Assembly (NCBI GenBank): GCA_964016885.1
Contig: OZ024742.1
Span: forward strand, 158,782,001 to 158,846,000
Source of the DNA: Eledone cirrhosa
Taxonomy: Eukaryota
Reading direction: 5' to 3'
DNA length: 64,000 nucleotides
Notes under the pieces: model-generated
Database searches by the model: none
Told to the model about the DNA's origin: nothing
What the model saw: the letters and a program-made list of their open reading frames with translations, nothing else
Shown here: piece by piece, positions 1 through 12,625 of the stretch
Layout of the letters: the number at the start of each line of letters is the position of its first letter
Numbering within the stretch: position 1 is the stretch's first letter
Made by a program: the position numbers and the translations under genes

Positions 1-339
1 GCAAATCCCGTGTGGTAACTTCATTTACTTGTTTTCTTTCTTCGTGTTGGCTAATTACATTTATTTTAACTTCCAAATTAAGTGACTTCCTTTGTTACAC
101 CCTGTTGTATTGGTAGGTGGAAATATCTTCCATTTCCATTACATCTTCAGTAATTAAGTGAAATAGCTACAATGGTTTTCTGAAGTATATATGATGCCGG
201 GAGAACCCGTAGGATACGTATGAGGGTGGACATATAAATATATATTTAACAACTCAAGCTTAACAGTTGTTAAGAAGCTTAACGGATTCTCAAAAGCATT
301 CAATCAGTAGCAATCCTGTTTTGTTTTATTTCAGAAATA

Positions 340-480
340 ATAGTTGTTTCTACTTTTGGTACAAGGCCAGCAATTACTCAATACATTACTGGTACTTTTA
401 TTTATCGACCCTGTAAGGATGAAAGGCAAAGTTAACCTCGACGGGATTTGAACTCAGACTGTAAAGGGACGTAACTATGC
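340..480 (-). mobile_element. tRNA-derived SINE (MetaSINE-like central domain), partial
   Basis: Reverse complement of B box GAGTTCAAATCC plus GCCTTTCATCCTTAC-GGGTCGATAAA..GTACCAGT domain; matches many other copies in the window. Confidence 0.8.
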
Positions 481-599
481 TGGAAACTATACACTCACTA
501 CTAATGCCGTTTAGAATATCATAAATGACTGCTTTACTCTTTTTTTTCACCTCCAGATGCATGGTCTTAACGCCTAATCAAAACGAAATCAATATTATC

Positions 600-815
600 A
601 GAGTGGTGTAATGGTTCATAAAATTGGTAAAGCATCGGATAATATGCCATTGCAGTATTTTTTCCGTCTCTACATTCTGAGTTTAAATCCACCAATGTCA
701 ACATTGACTTCCCTCTTCCGGGGTCAATAAAATAAAGTACCTGCCAATTATTGCTATTGATTTGTCTTGCCCTTTCCCTAAATTTGTTGGTCTTATGCCT
801 AGTTTATAAATCAAT
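600..815 (+). mobile_element. Degenerate tRNA-SINE copy
   Basis: ttctgagtttaaatccc B-box variant followed by ggggtcaataaaataaagtacc. Confidence 0.6.
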
Positions 816-1399
816 ATTATTAGGGTGATGTGATCAGAGTAGTGTTGATCACTGTGGAGAATGCTGAATGTATGGGTTAAGTTTCAGTTGAAAATCTTGA
901 TCCGTATTATAACTCGATTAAACCAACTTCACTTAGTAAGTGTATGAGTATTGCAAATTCCTAAATATCCCAACAGGTTGAAAACAGAATATTTGTATCG
1001 CAGGCATTTATGTGTAGTTAAGGAGATCACTCGAGAACATCGTGGTTTAAGATTCCTTCCCGCTGCATGATACTTTAGGCAAGTACTATGTACTGTATCC
1101 TTTTAAGTGAAATTTGTTAGACGGATACAATAGGAAAGCCTGTTACCTTTTATTTTGAGGGTAATTTATTACCTCGCCTAGTTTAAAACCGCGCTTTGTT
1201 TTCTTTTGGGTACGATATATTGCAAGACTTCAGAGCAGGTCGCGTTTCCTTCTGCCAACCTCAGTCTTGAGAAAGGCTATGAGTTGCTATTCCCCCTATA
1301 ACTATGCCATGCAAACATAAACTAATAAATAAATACATGCATACATACACCCACGCACATGCTTACAAACACACACTCACACACAGACACACACACATA

Positions 1400-1483
<84 letters not shown>

Positions 1484-1485
<2 letters not shown>

Positions 1486-2173
1486 AACTAGTAGGACCCC
1501 GACGGCTGAGCTCAAGCCGTTTCGACGGCTAATTCTGGACTAAATGAAAATTTTTATCCAGGTATATGAAAGGCCGAGCTTTTCAGGGGGTAATTCCATA
1601 TATGGTAAAAGTGATTGTCACAAGGATTGGTCAAAAGTTTGTAGTTGAGACACATAATTATATCATGGCAATTTGTGGAAGGAAGGGGTAAGTGAACCTG
1701 CCAGTAGAAGAAAGAGGGCGAGTGGCTGGAGGAAACCCAGTCGTGTGTTGATAGTGCCAACTACAGCAGGGCAGGAGGTCAAGCAAGTATACTAGGGAGG
1801 GGTAGGGGGGTTGAAACAATAAGTAAATCAATATGGATTAAATATATAGAAGAATAGCAAGAATGTGAAAAATATAAAAGAACAATTGGTGAATATTCCC
1901 TACCCACAGTCATCAAGTCTCTCACTGGTACTGCTAAACTATAGAAAAGTTTACTAGGTGGGACGGAATTGTAGTGAAACCATTTTAAGAGTTAGTAGTA
2001 ATCAACCGAGTATATCTTACGGTGACAGGTCAACAAGTGGGGGCCAAAATACTAAAGAAACTACCACGAAATAATAATAATTCAGAGTCCCAGAAATGAA
2101 TACTAATACTATCTCTAAGGGTGCCGCTACGATACAAACATTCTAGTGCAAACTACATAAATGCTCGTACGAA

Positions 2174-2175
<2 letters not shown>
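1484..2175 (-). mobile_element. Penelope-type pseudo-LTR / 3' region, family B, between two (TA)n tracts
   Basis: 1484-1750 is homologous to 11238-11298 and 38351-38600; contains a hammerhead motif on the minus strand. Confidence 0.7.
1496..1591 (-). ncRNA. Type I hammerhead ribozyme motif (family B; C3/A8 mismatch in this copy)
   Basis: Minus strand: acccc-CTGAAAA-g..cggc(long loop)gccg.c-GAAA-cggct tgagctc agccg-TC-ggggt; helices I and III pair fully. Confidence 0.65.
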
Positions 2176-2246
<71 letters not shown>

Positions 2247-2247
<1 letters not shown>

Positions 2248-2684
2248 GATATTAAACAAATGGAAACTATATTTATAAAACCATATTTATTTCATTATAC
2301 ATATTTCAGGGATACTATATTAAAAATATGGCATGCCTTCGTCAGATAAAATACAATATATAAACAGTTTTATAAATAATTTTGACGTACCATAATATAA
2401 GCGACCATTAAATTAGGAGGCTGCCTCCTAATTTAATGGTCGCTTATATTATGGTACGTCAAAATTATTTATAAAACTGTTTATATATTGTATTTTATCT
2501 GACGAAGGCATGCCATATTTTTAATATAGTATCCCTGAAATATGTATAATGAAATAAATATGGTTTTATAAATATAGTTTCCATTTGTTTAATATCGTAT
2601 ATCTACTCCAAAAACTTGTCGAGTGCTTTATATCAGTTATAAAATATTTACTTGTTGTAACCCAACACTTTTAAATAAAACTTT

Positions 2685-2688
<4 letters not shown>
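2247..2688. mobile_element. Fold-back pLTR cassette, family A: perfect 175-bp inverted arms (2247-2421 / 2423-2597) plus ~90 nt tail with AATAAA
   Basis: Arms read as exact reverse complements around T2422; (TA)n on both sides. Confidence 0.9.
2491..2556 (+). ncRNA. Minimal type I hammerhead ribozyme (family A); mirror copy on minus strand at 2288-2353
   Basis: tattttat-CTGACGA-agg..cct-GAAA-t atgt a-TA|atgaaata: 8-bp helix I (one G.U), 3-bp helix II base, short helix III; predicted cleavage after 2548. Confidence 0.8.
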
Positions 2689-2734
<46 letters not shown>

Positions 2735-2752
2735 TATATATATATGTATATA

Positions 2753-2820
<68 letters not shown>

Positions 2821-2949
2821 TATTATGTTTAATATAGAAATGGCTTCTACATGACTTGAACTAATTCATTGAGTACCTTACTAACTGTTATTACCCCTAA
2901 TTGAACCCCAGGACTTATATATATATATATATAAATGTGTATGTGTGTG

Positions 2950-2983
<34 letters not shown>

Positions 2984-3056
2984 TATATATGTATATATAC
3001 ACACACACATATATATATATATTTATGTATGTATATATATACACATATACACATAT

Positions 3057-3122
<66 letters not shown>

Positions 3123-3299
3123 GTATGTATATATGTATGTATGTGTATGCATCGTTGCGCAGCTCTCAGACCGAGTGTGCAGAATAATATTGGCGTGTAT
3201 TTGATAAACATGTTACTAGAGAGCCGTAAAATAAATTACAAAGTTATTTTTCATCACGACTTAAGGTAGTATTGTAGGTTATTTATTTGCTTAAATATA

Positions 3300-3475
3300 A
3301 TAACTGTTTCTACAAATACCCAGTGTATTACTGGTACTTTATTTTATCGACCCCGTAAGGATGAAAGCCAAAGTTAACCTCGGCGGGATTTGAACTCAGA
3401 TCATAAAGGGCCGTAACTCTACGCATCAAAGCATGCCGTCCGACCCTCTACCGATACTGCCAATCCATCGCCCTT
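3300..3475 (-). mobile_element. tRNA-derived SINE, near full length
   Basis: Minus strand A box TGGCAGTATCGG, B box GAGTTCAAATCC, central domain. Confidence 0.85.
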
Positions 3476-3552
3476 AAATATAATAACAATAACTAATTTC
3501 AGTTCCTTTGAATTAATAATTATAATATTGTTTTTTCATAAAACACACACAC

Positions 3553-3654
<102 letters not shown>

Positions 3655-3887
3655 TTAAGGATACTATTTATGGTTATGTATATACTAAAATCTTTTATAG
3701 TTATATATATTTTAAACCCTAAACAGTGAAAGACAGTAATTTATTACTATATATATATATATATATATTTCTCACGAATGAAACAGTTCTAGTCCTGTAG
3801 AAGCTCTTCTATATTAAAACTTTTATACTCTGCTATATATTGAGTACCTTGCTTACTGTAGTTGCCTCCGATTCAACCCGGAATAAC

Positions 3888-3927
<40 letters not shown>

Positions 3928-3930
<3 letters not shown>

Positions 3931-4080
3931 AAAAAAGATGAAATCGAAAATGCAACTGGAGTCTCTTTTTTAAAATATATATTTATTTGGTTCCTTTACC
4001 GGTTCCGCAGTTCTTCTGCTTTTCAAAAGTAGAGTTGAGATGGAGGGTGTGTGGTTTTTCTCACATCTACATATATATAT

Positions 4081-4161
<81 letters not shown>

Positions 4162-4311
4162 AAAAAAGATGAAATCGAAAATGCAACTGGAGTCTCTTTT
4201 TTAAAATATATATTTATTTGGTTCCTTTACCGGTTCCGCAGTTCTTCTGCTTTTCAAAAGTAGAGTTGAGATGGAGGGTGTGTGGTTTTTCTCACATCTA
4301 CATATATATAT

Positions 4312-4374
<63 letters not shown>

Positions 4375-4514
4375 AAAAAAGATGAAATCGAAAATGCAAC
4401 TGGAGTCTCTTTTTTAAAATATATATTTATTTGGTTCCTTTACCGGTCCCGCAGTTCTTCTGCTTTTCAAAAGTAGAGTTGAGATGGAGGGTGTGTGGTT
4501 TTTCTCACATCTAC
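3928..4514 (-). repeat. Three tandem ~143-bp pLTR-fragment copies (family C; 3928-4070, 4159-4301, 4372-4514) separated by (TA)n
   Basis: Near-identical units homologous to 16111-16341; each has TTGAAAA-gcag aagaa ctgc-GGAA-CCGG-TA on the minus strand (core A13 mutated; GGGA in copy 3). Confidence 0.85.
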
Positions 4515-4524
4515 ATATATATAT

Positions 4525-4591
<67 letters not shown>

Positions 4592-4592
4592 C

Positions 4593-4670
<78 letters not shown>

Positions 4671-4694
4671 TATATATATATCATATATATATAT

Positions 4695-4766
<72 letters not shown>

Positions 4767-5027
4767 GCATTAAGGTATCTACGCATGCCTATTTTTTATA
4801 TATAAATGTATGTAGTTCTGAAAAATAATAGTTTAATTATCTATCCTTCTATTTTGATTTTGATTTTATTTTATTACATTATAAGTAATATTAATACATG
4901 TGAAGTATTATATTAAAAATCTCGGTACTTATGTTTCCCTGTAAAAGTTTTCTTTGTATCGTTGAGATCAACTTATCAATGAAAATAATCTTTTCAAACT
5001 AGGATTCATATAAAATTATAATCTTTC

Positions 5028-5205
5028 ATTATCGGTAGAGGGTCAGACGCCACGCTTTGCAGCAAAGAGTTACGGCCCTTTATGGTCTGAGTTCAAATCC
5101 CGCCGAGGTTAACTTTGCCTTTCATCCTTACGGGGTCGAAAAAAATAAAGTACCAGTAATACACTGGATTAATTGCTGGCCTTGTGCCAAAAGTAGAAAT
5201 AATTA
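5028..5205 (+). mobile_element. tRNA-derived SINE
   Basis: tatcggtagagggtc...gagttcaaatcccgccgaggttaactttgcctttcatcc. Confidence 0.85.
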
Positions 5206-7907
5206 TATTTATATGCATAATGTATAATTGACTATCTACCGTCCTCCTTCTTATTTCTGGTCAATATACACACATATAGTTTCTCATATAATATTGTATA
5301 TAAAGGCATTGTAATCATTTTGTATTTTTTTAATCCTATATGTCTGTTAATATACGGATGTACACAAGCATAATATTTGATAAACTGTTTTTTTTTATTT
5401 GCTTTTGCTGTTGCTTATGATTTTGCTTTGCTATGTATTCTATATTGGTATTGTGTGAGCCTTATCAGTTGTATGGAGTTATCTCATGTATGTAATACAG
5501 TTGACACTTCGAAAAATATCTGAACTCCTGAAGATATGTAGAGCGATGAACAAATACCTCGTATATATCGTGGTATGGCCCACTGCTCTATATTCAAACA
5601 TAAAGATATGTTTTAAGTTAAACTTGGTTCTTTTTTCTATTGATAATATATATATATAATCTGAGAAATTGTGATAAGATACAATTTATTGGAAAACTCT
5701 CGGCGAGTAGATGAAGTGACACAGTTTGATTCTCCATTGAGGAAATTGCATTTCATTATGTCACTAAATCTTTAGATAAAGAGATTAATATAACAACATA
5801 CAAGTTTTCTATGTAAAAAATAAATATTATTAAATAGATGGATGTGTAATGGTCGCTTTGACACAGAACACGCTTCTTCTGTTATGGTTCATACACGACT
5901 TTATCTGCTATTCGCAAGTAAGTATAGCTTTGTCTATTTTGTTATGTTTTGTGTTTGATTTATTTCAGCATAACAATGAATAACTTTTCATGTTGTTCAT
6001 GACATGACCGACATAGAAGTAGCTTTTGATTACAAGAAACTTCATATAAGCGAGGCAATTACAAGTGGCGTATTTGTTTATATAGAAACAAAATGGTGAT
6101 TAGATTGGACAGTCAAGTGTTGGAGTATCAAATCATGGGTATTGAGATCAAATTCACAGCATATGTTTTGTCGTGAACTTGAACACTAAACTCAATCCTA
6201 TGAGTTATGGTTCTTGTAACTGTGGAGAAAATTACTAGAGTCATTGTTAATCTTTCTTCTGTGACAAGGGTGATGGATTACCAGAATTGGTAGAACGTTG
6301 CATAAAATACCATTGCAGTATTTGTTCTGGGTCTTTTTATATTCTGAATTCAAATTCAACCCTGGTTAAATTTGCCTTTCAATTTGATAGACTTCCCCTC
6401 CACTGTATTATACAAACTCTGTTCCTTTCTTAACGGCATTAGTGACGTGACGCCTCCAACCAAATTTCAAAACTGATTACTGACATTAGATCAACAGATG
6501 AACCAATTTTGTATTTGTTTTATGAATCACGAGGGGAAGTACACCATTAAATTAATGTATTTTCTATGGCCATTAACTGAAGAATTGAAACGTTACCTTG
6601 GTCTCAATGTAATCAGAACTTCATCTCTTATATTAAGGAACTTACTATACAATATATCAACAATTAAGTGAGGCATTAAAATTCGGGGAAACTAAAGATG
6701 GTTTATGTTAGCAAATAGTAATTAGATAAAGGTCCAAAAGTGGAATCAGTTATCTTTCCTTCTCTTTTTTTTTTTTACTGATTTGGTGCGGAGGAATTAT
6801 CTGAGTCCAAAGTTTTCGAATGTTCCCATGCCTACCAAAGTTTGTAACCAGAAGTTTGTCATGACGAAGTGCGGGTTTCAGACGTTTCGGGGAGTAACCC
6901 TTTTTTTCATTAAAACAATATCGGTTGATTTCGTATTAGATACAAAGGTTTATAAGGAAAATAGAAAAATGTTGATACGTAGCATACTGGTTATAAAGTA
7001 AATCTCAGATAACTAAGAATCGTGACCTGATTAACTAATCGTTGAATCAAACGATATAAAGAACCAATAAGCTATCTGTTAAATATACCATCAAACAAAA
7101 TAATTCCTTTAGCAAATTTCTTTTGGTCTTCGTTCTGTTTAAAATATTTAGAATAAAAAAAGATATTAGCACACATCTGTGATTGGCTATTGCTGTGACA
7201 CAGACAGTAACTATCTTGCGGCGACTGCTGGAATTTTATCAGACTAGATGTAACGGTTTAAGATAATATTTGGTTTTGTTTTTGTCTGTATTTTCAGATT
7301 AGCCTTTGATTCCTGGTTAAGAAGCTTACAAATTTTGTATCAAAATGTTGTATTTCTCTACTAAGTAAAGATTATATTTCTTGGCACTACCAGTGTAAAC
7401 TTTGGCAGACTCTATGAAAGACAATTTTATTTCTATATTGTTTGCATAATTTTCTTTTGGGGAGAACAAACACATTTCGATAAAACCGTAATGTTATTCT
7501 TATGTATGTAACAAAATGTGCTAATGTTTAGAATATAACGGATATTGAACGTATATTTCTGTTAACCCGCTCGTTATAGTTTTCTTCTATAATTCTGCTT
7601 TTTTTTTGACATAGTCAGAGACTGTATTTTCTTAATAATTCTCAACAGATGAGTTAAAATATTGTCCATCATTAAATAATTTGCGCCAAATTATCAAATA
7701 GCATTGTCTAATATTAGGTTTTCCACGCTGCATTATTATTTCTAATTGTCATATAAATGCTCACTCTATTAAATGCTATACTATTATTTATCTAGCGGAT
7801 GGGGTCACAGAGTAATTTATTTCCAAATAAATGGAATGTCCTACGCAAACTAGTATACATTTTTTGTACATTTACCAAGTAATACTCTCATCACTACTTT
7901 GCAATGT

Positions 7908-8100
7908 ATGGGGAAGTTCGTACTTCGCTGTGTGTGGGGGGGGGGGGGGGTCGGACTTCGCTGTGTGTGAAGAAGTTCGGACTTCGCCGTGTATGGAGAA
8001 GTTCGGACTTCGCCGTCTATGGGGAAGTTCGGACTTCGCCGTTTATGAAGAAGTTCGGACTTCGCTGTGTATAGGGAAGTTCAGGCGTCGCCGTGAAGGT
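7908..8100. repeat. Minisatellite, ~25-bp unit (gggaagttcggacttcgccgtgtat) x ~7
   Basis: Directly visible tandem units, each with a gaagt-tcgg-acttc hairpin. Confidence 0.85.
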
Positions 8101-8430
8101 TTAACACCGCTCTGGCTGGTTTCGGCTTCTTTCGACAATAATTGAAATTAGCTGGCTCCGTGGAAATTCCACGACTGTTGACAGTTAAGACATAATAATT
8201 ACTCTGTCATACAGTTATTTAACTACACTTGATTTCAATTAAGCAATTTATCGCTAGTGGATGGATAGATAAGAAAGAAAATGGAATTATATATTTTGTT
8301 TCAACACCTAATAATAAACATTGACATTACAATCATCACAGTTTTATGCCAATATGATTATTGCATTATTGTATTCTTAGAATGGTTATGTTATTAATTA
8401 CTAATATATTAAATGTATATCATTCATTTA

Positions 8431-9264
8431 GTACTCTTGGGTCCCCAATAATAGGGGGATGGAATAAACGGTGGAGTTGGAATAGGTGGGGGTGGAATAA
8501 GTGGGATGTGGAAGTTGGAAAATCGATAATTTTTCTAGGTTGTCTGTGTTGGATTTTTTGAAACACCAGAATTAGTAGTGTAGTTTACATGTTGAGACCA
8601 TAACCAATCAATGAGCTGATCTAACAAGAAACCCAGTCATTTGTAAAAATAAATATAAATGTTAATCATTCGGTGTCAGCTATGCCTCAGGTGTTAACGT
8701 TTGTAATTTTCTAGCTGATGACACTTACTTGCACTAAGATGCATGAGTTAAATGATTCAAGAAGATTTTAAGAAATAAATGTTGGTTCAATAAAAGAAAA
8801 TTACTTTCTTCACCATCAAATCTTTGCTACAACCACCAACACCATTAACCAACACCCCTAACTATAACCCCCATTACTGTACATGTGTGTAGTTATATTT
8901 CTGTATAGCATTACTCTCGGGTCACTTATTAATTTTTTAGATTTTTCCACCACCACACCACCATCCCACCACCACACCACCATCCCACAACCACACTTAT
9001 TAAATTTTGCTAATCTATCTCTGACGAAATTTTATTTTAAGTGGTAGCATTCCTGCGACAATTAATTTTCTTCTAAGACAAAAAAAGTACATTACTAGAA
9101 ATCTCATAAAATAAATAGGATGGGTTGGGGTCTCAGTATGTAAACTAAACGACTAATTTTGTTTTTCTGTTGTTTTCTGCGACAACCGAGAAAAATTATC
9201 GATTTTTCACACATACCCTCGGTTATTCACATACACCCCTTTATTATTCGTGACCTGAGCGCAC
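8431..9264. mobile_element. Possible degenerate DNA transposon/MITE remnant
   Basis: tactcttgggtccccaataataggg (8432) is roughly the reverse complement of ccctttattattcgtgacctgagcgca (9237); a similar start at 8912. Confidence 0.3.
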
Positions 9265-9698
9265 ATATTTTTCCTGGCGGTGGAGGATGAGGAGGTGGGG
9301 GGGGGGAGACGTTAGGCCTTCTTTTTTCTCATTTCTAATCCACTCAGAATCGAACATTTGATTACGATTTTCTCTTGCCTTGCAGTCTTGTTGCAACAAA
9401 TGTATTTCCTTGTTCTAATGTAAGCAATGTTTATTAAATTGACCCATTATTTGACCGATATATGAGATTGGTGAGTCATGTTGTTATATGGTAAGTAAGT
9501 ATATGTCTGTGGTGGGGGTGAGTTGTTGTATGTATGTGTATATAAGTATTATATGTGTGCCTGTGTGTTTGTGTGCTTCATAACGTTTGCCTCTTCCTAT
9601 GTTATGCACTGGGTAGCAGTGTGGTGTTTATTGTATTGGATCTAAAGTTTTCCAGATACTGATAAAACTTCTGAGTTACTAGAAACATATATACATAC

Positions 9699-9761
<63 letters not shown>

Positions 9762-9860
9762 CACACACTTATATATATATAGAGAGAGAGGGGAAAAACA
9801 CAGGAGAGTGTGTTTATATATATATATATATATGTGTGTATGTATAAATATATATGTATG

Positions 9861-9895
<35 letters not shown>

Positions 9896-9910
9896 GCATA
9901 TATATATATT

Positions 9911-9983
<73 letters not shown>

Positions 9984-10477
9984 TAGTATTTTGTATGTTT
10001 ATGAATGCGCAAATCTAGCCAATATTATATATGTTGTTGTATAAGCCTGACCTCTACACCAATCACTGGAATGGTAACGTTGATTGTGTTGTAGTAGTGG
10101 TGATGGGGGTTGCTGTTGCTGGTGGTGCTGCAGTGCTGCTGTCAGGATGGATGTGGTGATAGTGGAGGGTGGTGGTGGTGGTGGTGGTGGTAGTGGTGGT
10201 GGTAGTAATAGAGAGGTTAGGGCAGATGCCTAAAGGGGAGTGGAGTGCAGAAAGAAATTCTCCAGCAACCAATCATGACTCATCCATCGTATTGGTGCTG
10301 TGTCAAAAACTGAACAACAACAACTGCAATGAAATTCGATTAGGTGCCTGTCTTATCTGTGTATTGGCAGTGGGAAGACCAGAGCAGACTCTAACGGGAT
10401 CGATAGTCCTGCTAGTTAGATTAATAAACAAGATTTCAGAAAAAAACTTTTCAGTTTTGCAAGGAAAAGTACGCAGC

Positions 10478-10641
<164 letters not shown>

Positions 10642-10680
10642 GTATATATATGTATATGTATATATATGTATATATATATG

Positions 10681-10713
<33 letters not shown>

Positions 10714-10720
10714 GTATATA

Positions 10721-10765
<45 letters not shown>

Positions 10766-10813
10766 TATATATATATATGTATATATATATGTATATATAT
10801 ATATATGTATATA

Positions 10814-10866
<53 letters not shown>

Positions 10867-10920
10867 TATATATATATGCACAAACTCAAATTGTCTAGTT
10901 CGATACACTTGTATACATAT

Positions 10921-10993
<73 letters not shown>

Positions 10994-11113
10994 GGGGGGG
11001 GGGTATGCATGTATTCGTGAGTGATATATATATATATCACTCACGAATGCATATATATATATATGTGTGAGTGTGTGTGTATGTGTGTGTATGTATGTAT
11101 GTATGCATGTATT

Positions 11114-11160
<47 letters not shown>

Positions 11161-11161
<1 letters not shown>

Positions 11162-11360
11162 CGAAGGAAATGTGGTAGGGAACCAGATGGACCATAACGC
11201 ACCAAAGTATTCAATACTTAGTGTAGTAGAGTGGGTAATAGGAACGAGTAAGACCCCGACGGCTGAGCTCAAGCCGTTTCGACGGCTAATTCTGGACTAA
11301 TTCCAGTCCAGAATTAGCCGTCGAAACGGCTTGAGCTCAGCCGTCGGGGTCCTACTCGTT

Positions 11361-11365
<5 letters not shown>
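11161..11365. mobile_element. Fold-back pLTR cassette, family B: ~60-bp arms (11238-11298 / 11305-11365), tail 11161-11237 on left arm
   Basis: Inverted arms around spacer aattcc; only the GAAA/helix III half of the hammerhead is retained; flanked by (TA)n. Confidence 0.85.
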
Positions 11366-11420
<55 letters not shown>

Positions 11421-11423
<3 letters not shown>

Positions 11424-11502
11424 ATAATAATAATATTGAAGACTAAAATCCATAGAGGGCTCGATAAGGAAAATATATATCAAATATATAAGAACCGTAG
11501 AG

Positions 11503-11508
<6 letters not shown>
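11421..11508 (-). repeat. Solo tail of family D in (TA)n
   Basis: Nearly identical to 40192-40280. Confidence 0.8.
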
Positions 11509-11596
<88 letters not shown>

Positions 11597-11625
11597 CATA
11601 TATATATACACACATATATATATAC

Positions 11626-11672
<47 letters not shown>

Positions 11673-11715
11673 CACATACATATATATATACACACATATA
11701 TATATATATACACAC

Positions 11716-11751
<36 letters not shown>

Positions 11752-12133
11752 TTGTGGGTGTATGCAGTACGCATGCATGTACAAACAGATGAACTCTCAG
11801 AGATACAATCGACCATACATACACACACACATGCAGGCGTATTTGAGTCTGGTTATGGTATTAATGTTTATATTATCAATACATGCGGACAGATACAGAG
11901 ATGAGAAAAATATACACATGTATGTGTGTGTATGTATAAATGAGTATATGCGTGTATTGATATAGATGAGTGTCTGTCTCAGTGTGTGCGTGCGTATGGG
12001 TGCATGAGTGCATATATATATATATATAAAAGAAATAGGATTTCGCTTCAAGCATAGCTTTAAACAATATGTATAAATATTTCGTATCTTCAAATACGGT
12101 TTTAGGAAGCCGTAGCTATATATATATGTGTCT

Positions 12134-12230
<97 letters not shown>

Positions 12231-12426
12231 CGACTGTGTCCACATATGCGCATATATGTGTGGGGGGGGGGCGAGCTGAGAGGATATGAGAGAGAAAGTC
12301 AGGAATGGTAGAGAATTTGAAAGAAGTATATTTATGAAGACGTTCATGAATATTTATATATGCATGTATACATACACATACATACATAGATACATACATA
12401 CATGCATGCATGCATATATACATACA

Positions 12427-12470
12427 TGATGGCTGCCCCCTTGTTAACAAGTATGGCCATTGCGCGATAA
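12427..12470 (-). mobile_element. 3'-terminal stub of RTE-derived element with (CATA)n tail
   Basis: atgatggctgcccccttgttaacaagtatggccattgc matches the ends at 55089 and 55632. Confidence 0.65.
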
Positions 12471-12625
12471 AAGAAAATATATATATGTATACATACAGAT
12501 ACAAATATATAAATACACACATATATATATATTAATAATTAACGGTGCTGCGATCGAATGTGGCTTTTTAGCACAGCCAATGATCCAAAATGTCTTGCGT
12601 GCACATACACATACATACATACATA

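Noticed and set aside
2247-2597. MITE interpretation of the palindromes
   Set aside because: Arm lengths vary within a family, ends are asymmetric (tail), and arms carry hammerheads and AATAAA, which fits Penelope pLTR products better
3928-4514. CRISPR-like regularly spaced repeats
   Set aside because: Units are 143 bp and the spacers are TA microsatellite
7908-8100. CRISPR-like palindromic repeats
   Set aside because: No unique spacers, no cas genes, eukaryotic context
12460-12625. N-terminal part of the 446-aa ORF
   Set aside because: Microsatellite and flank read-through; homology starts at KTPGRD (~12626)
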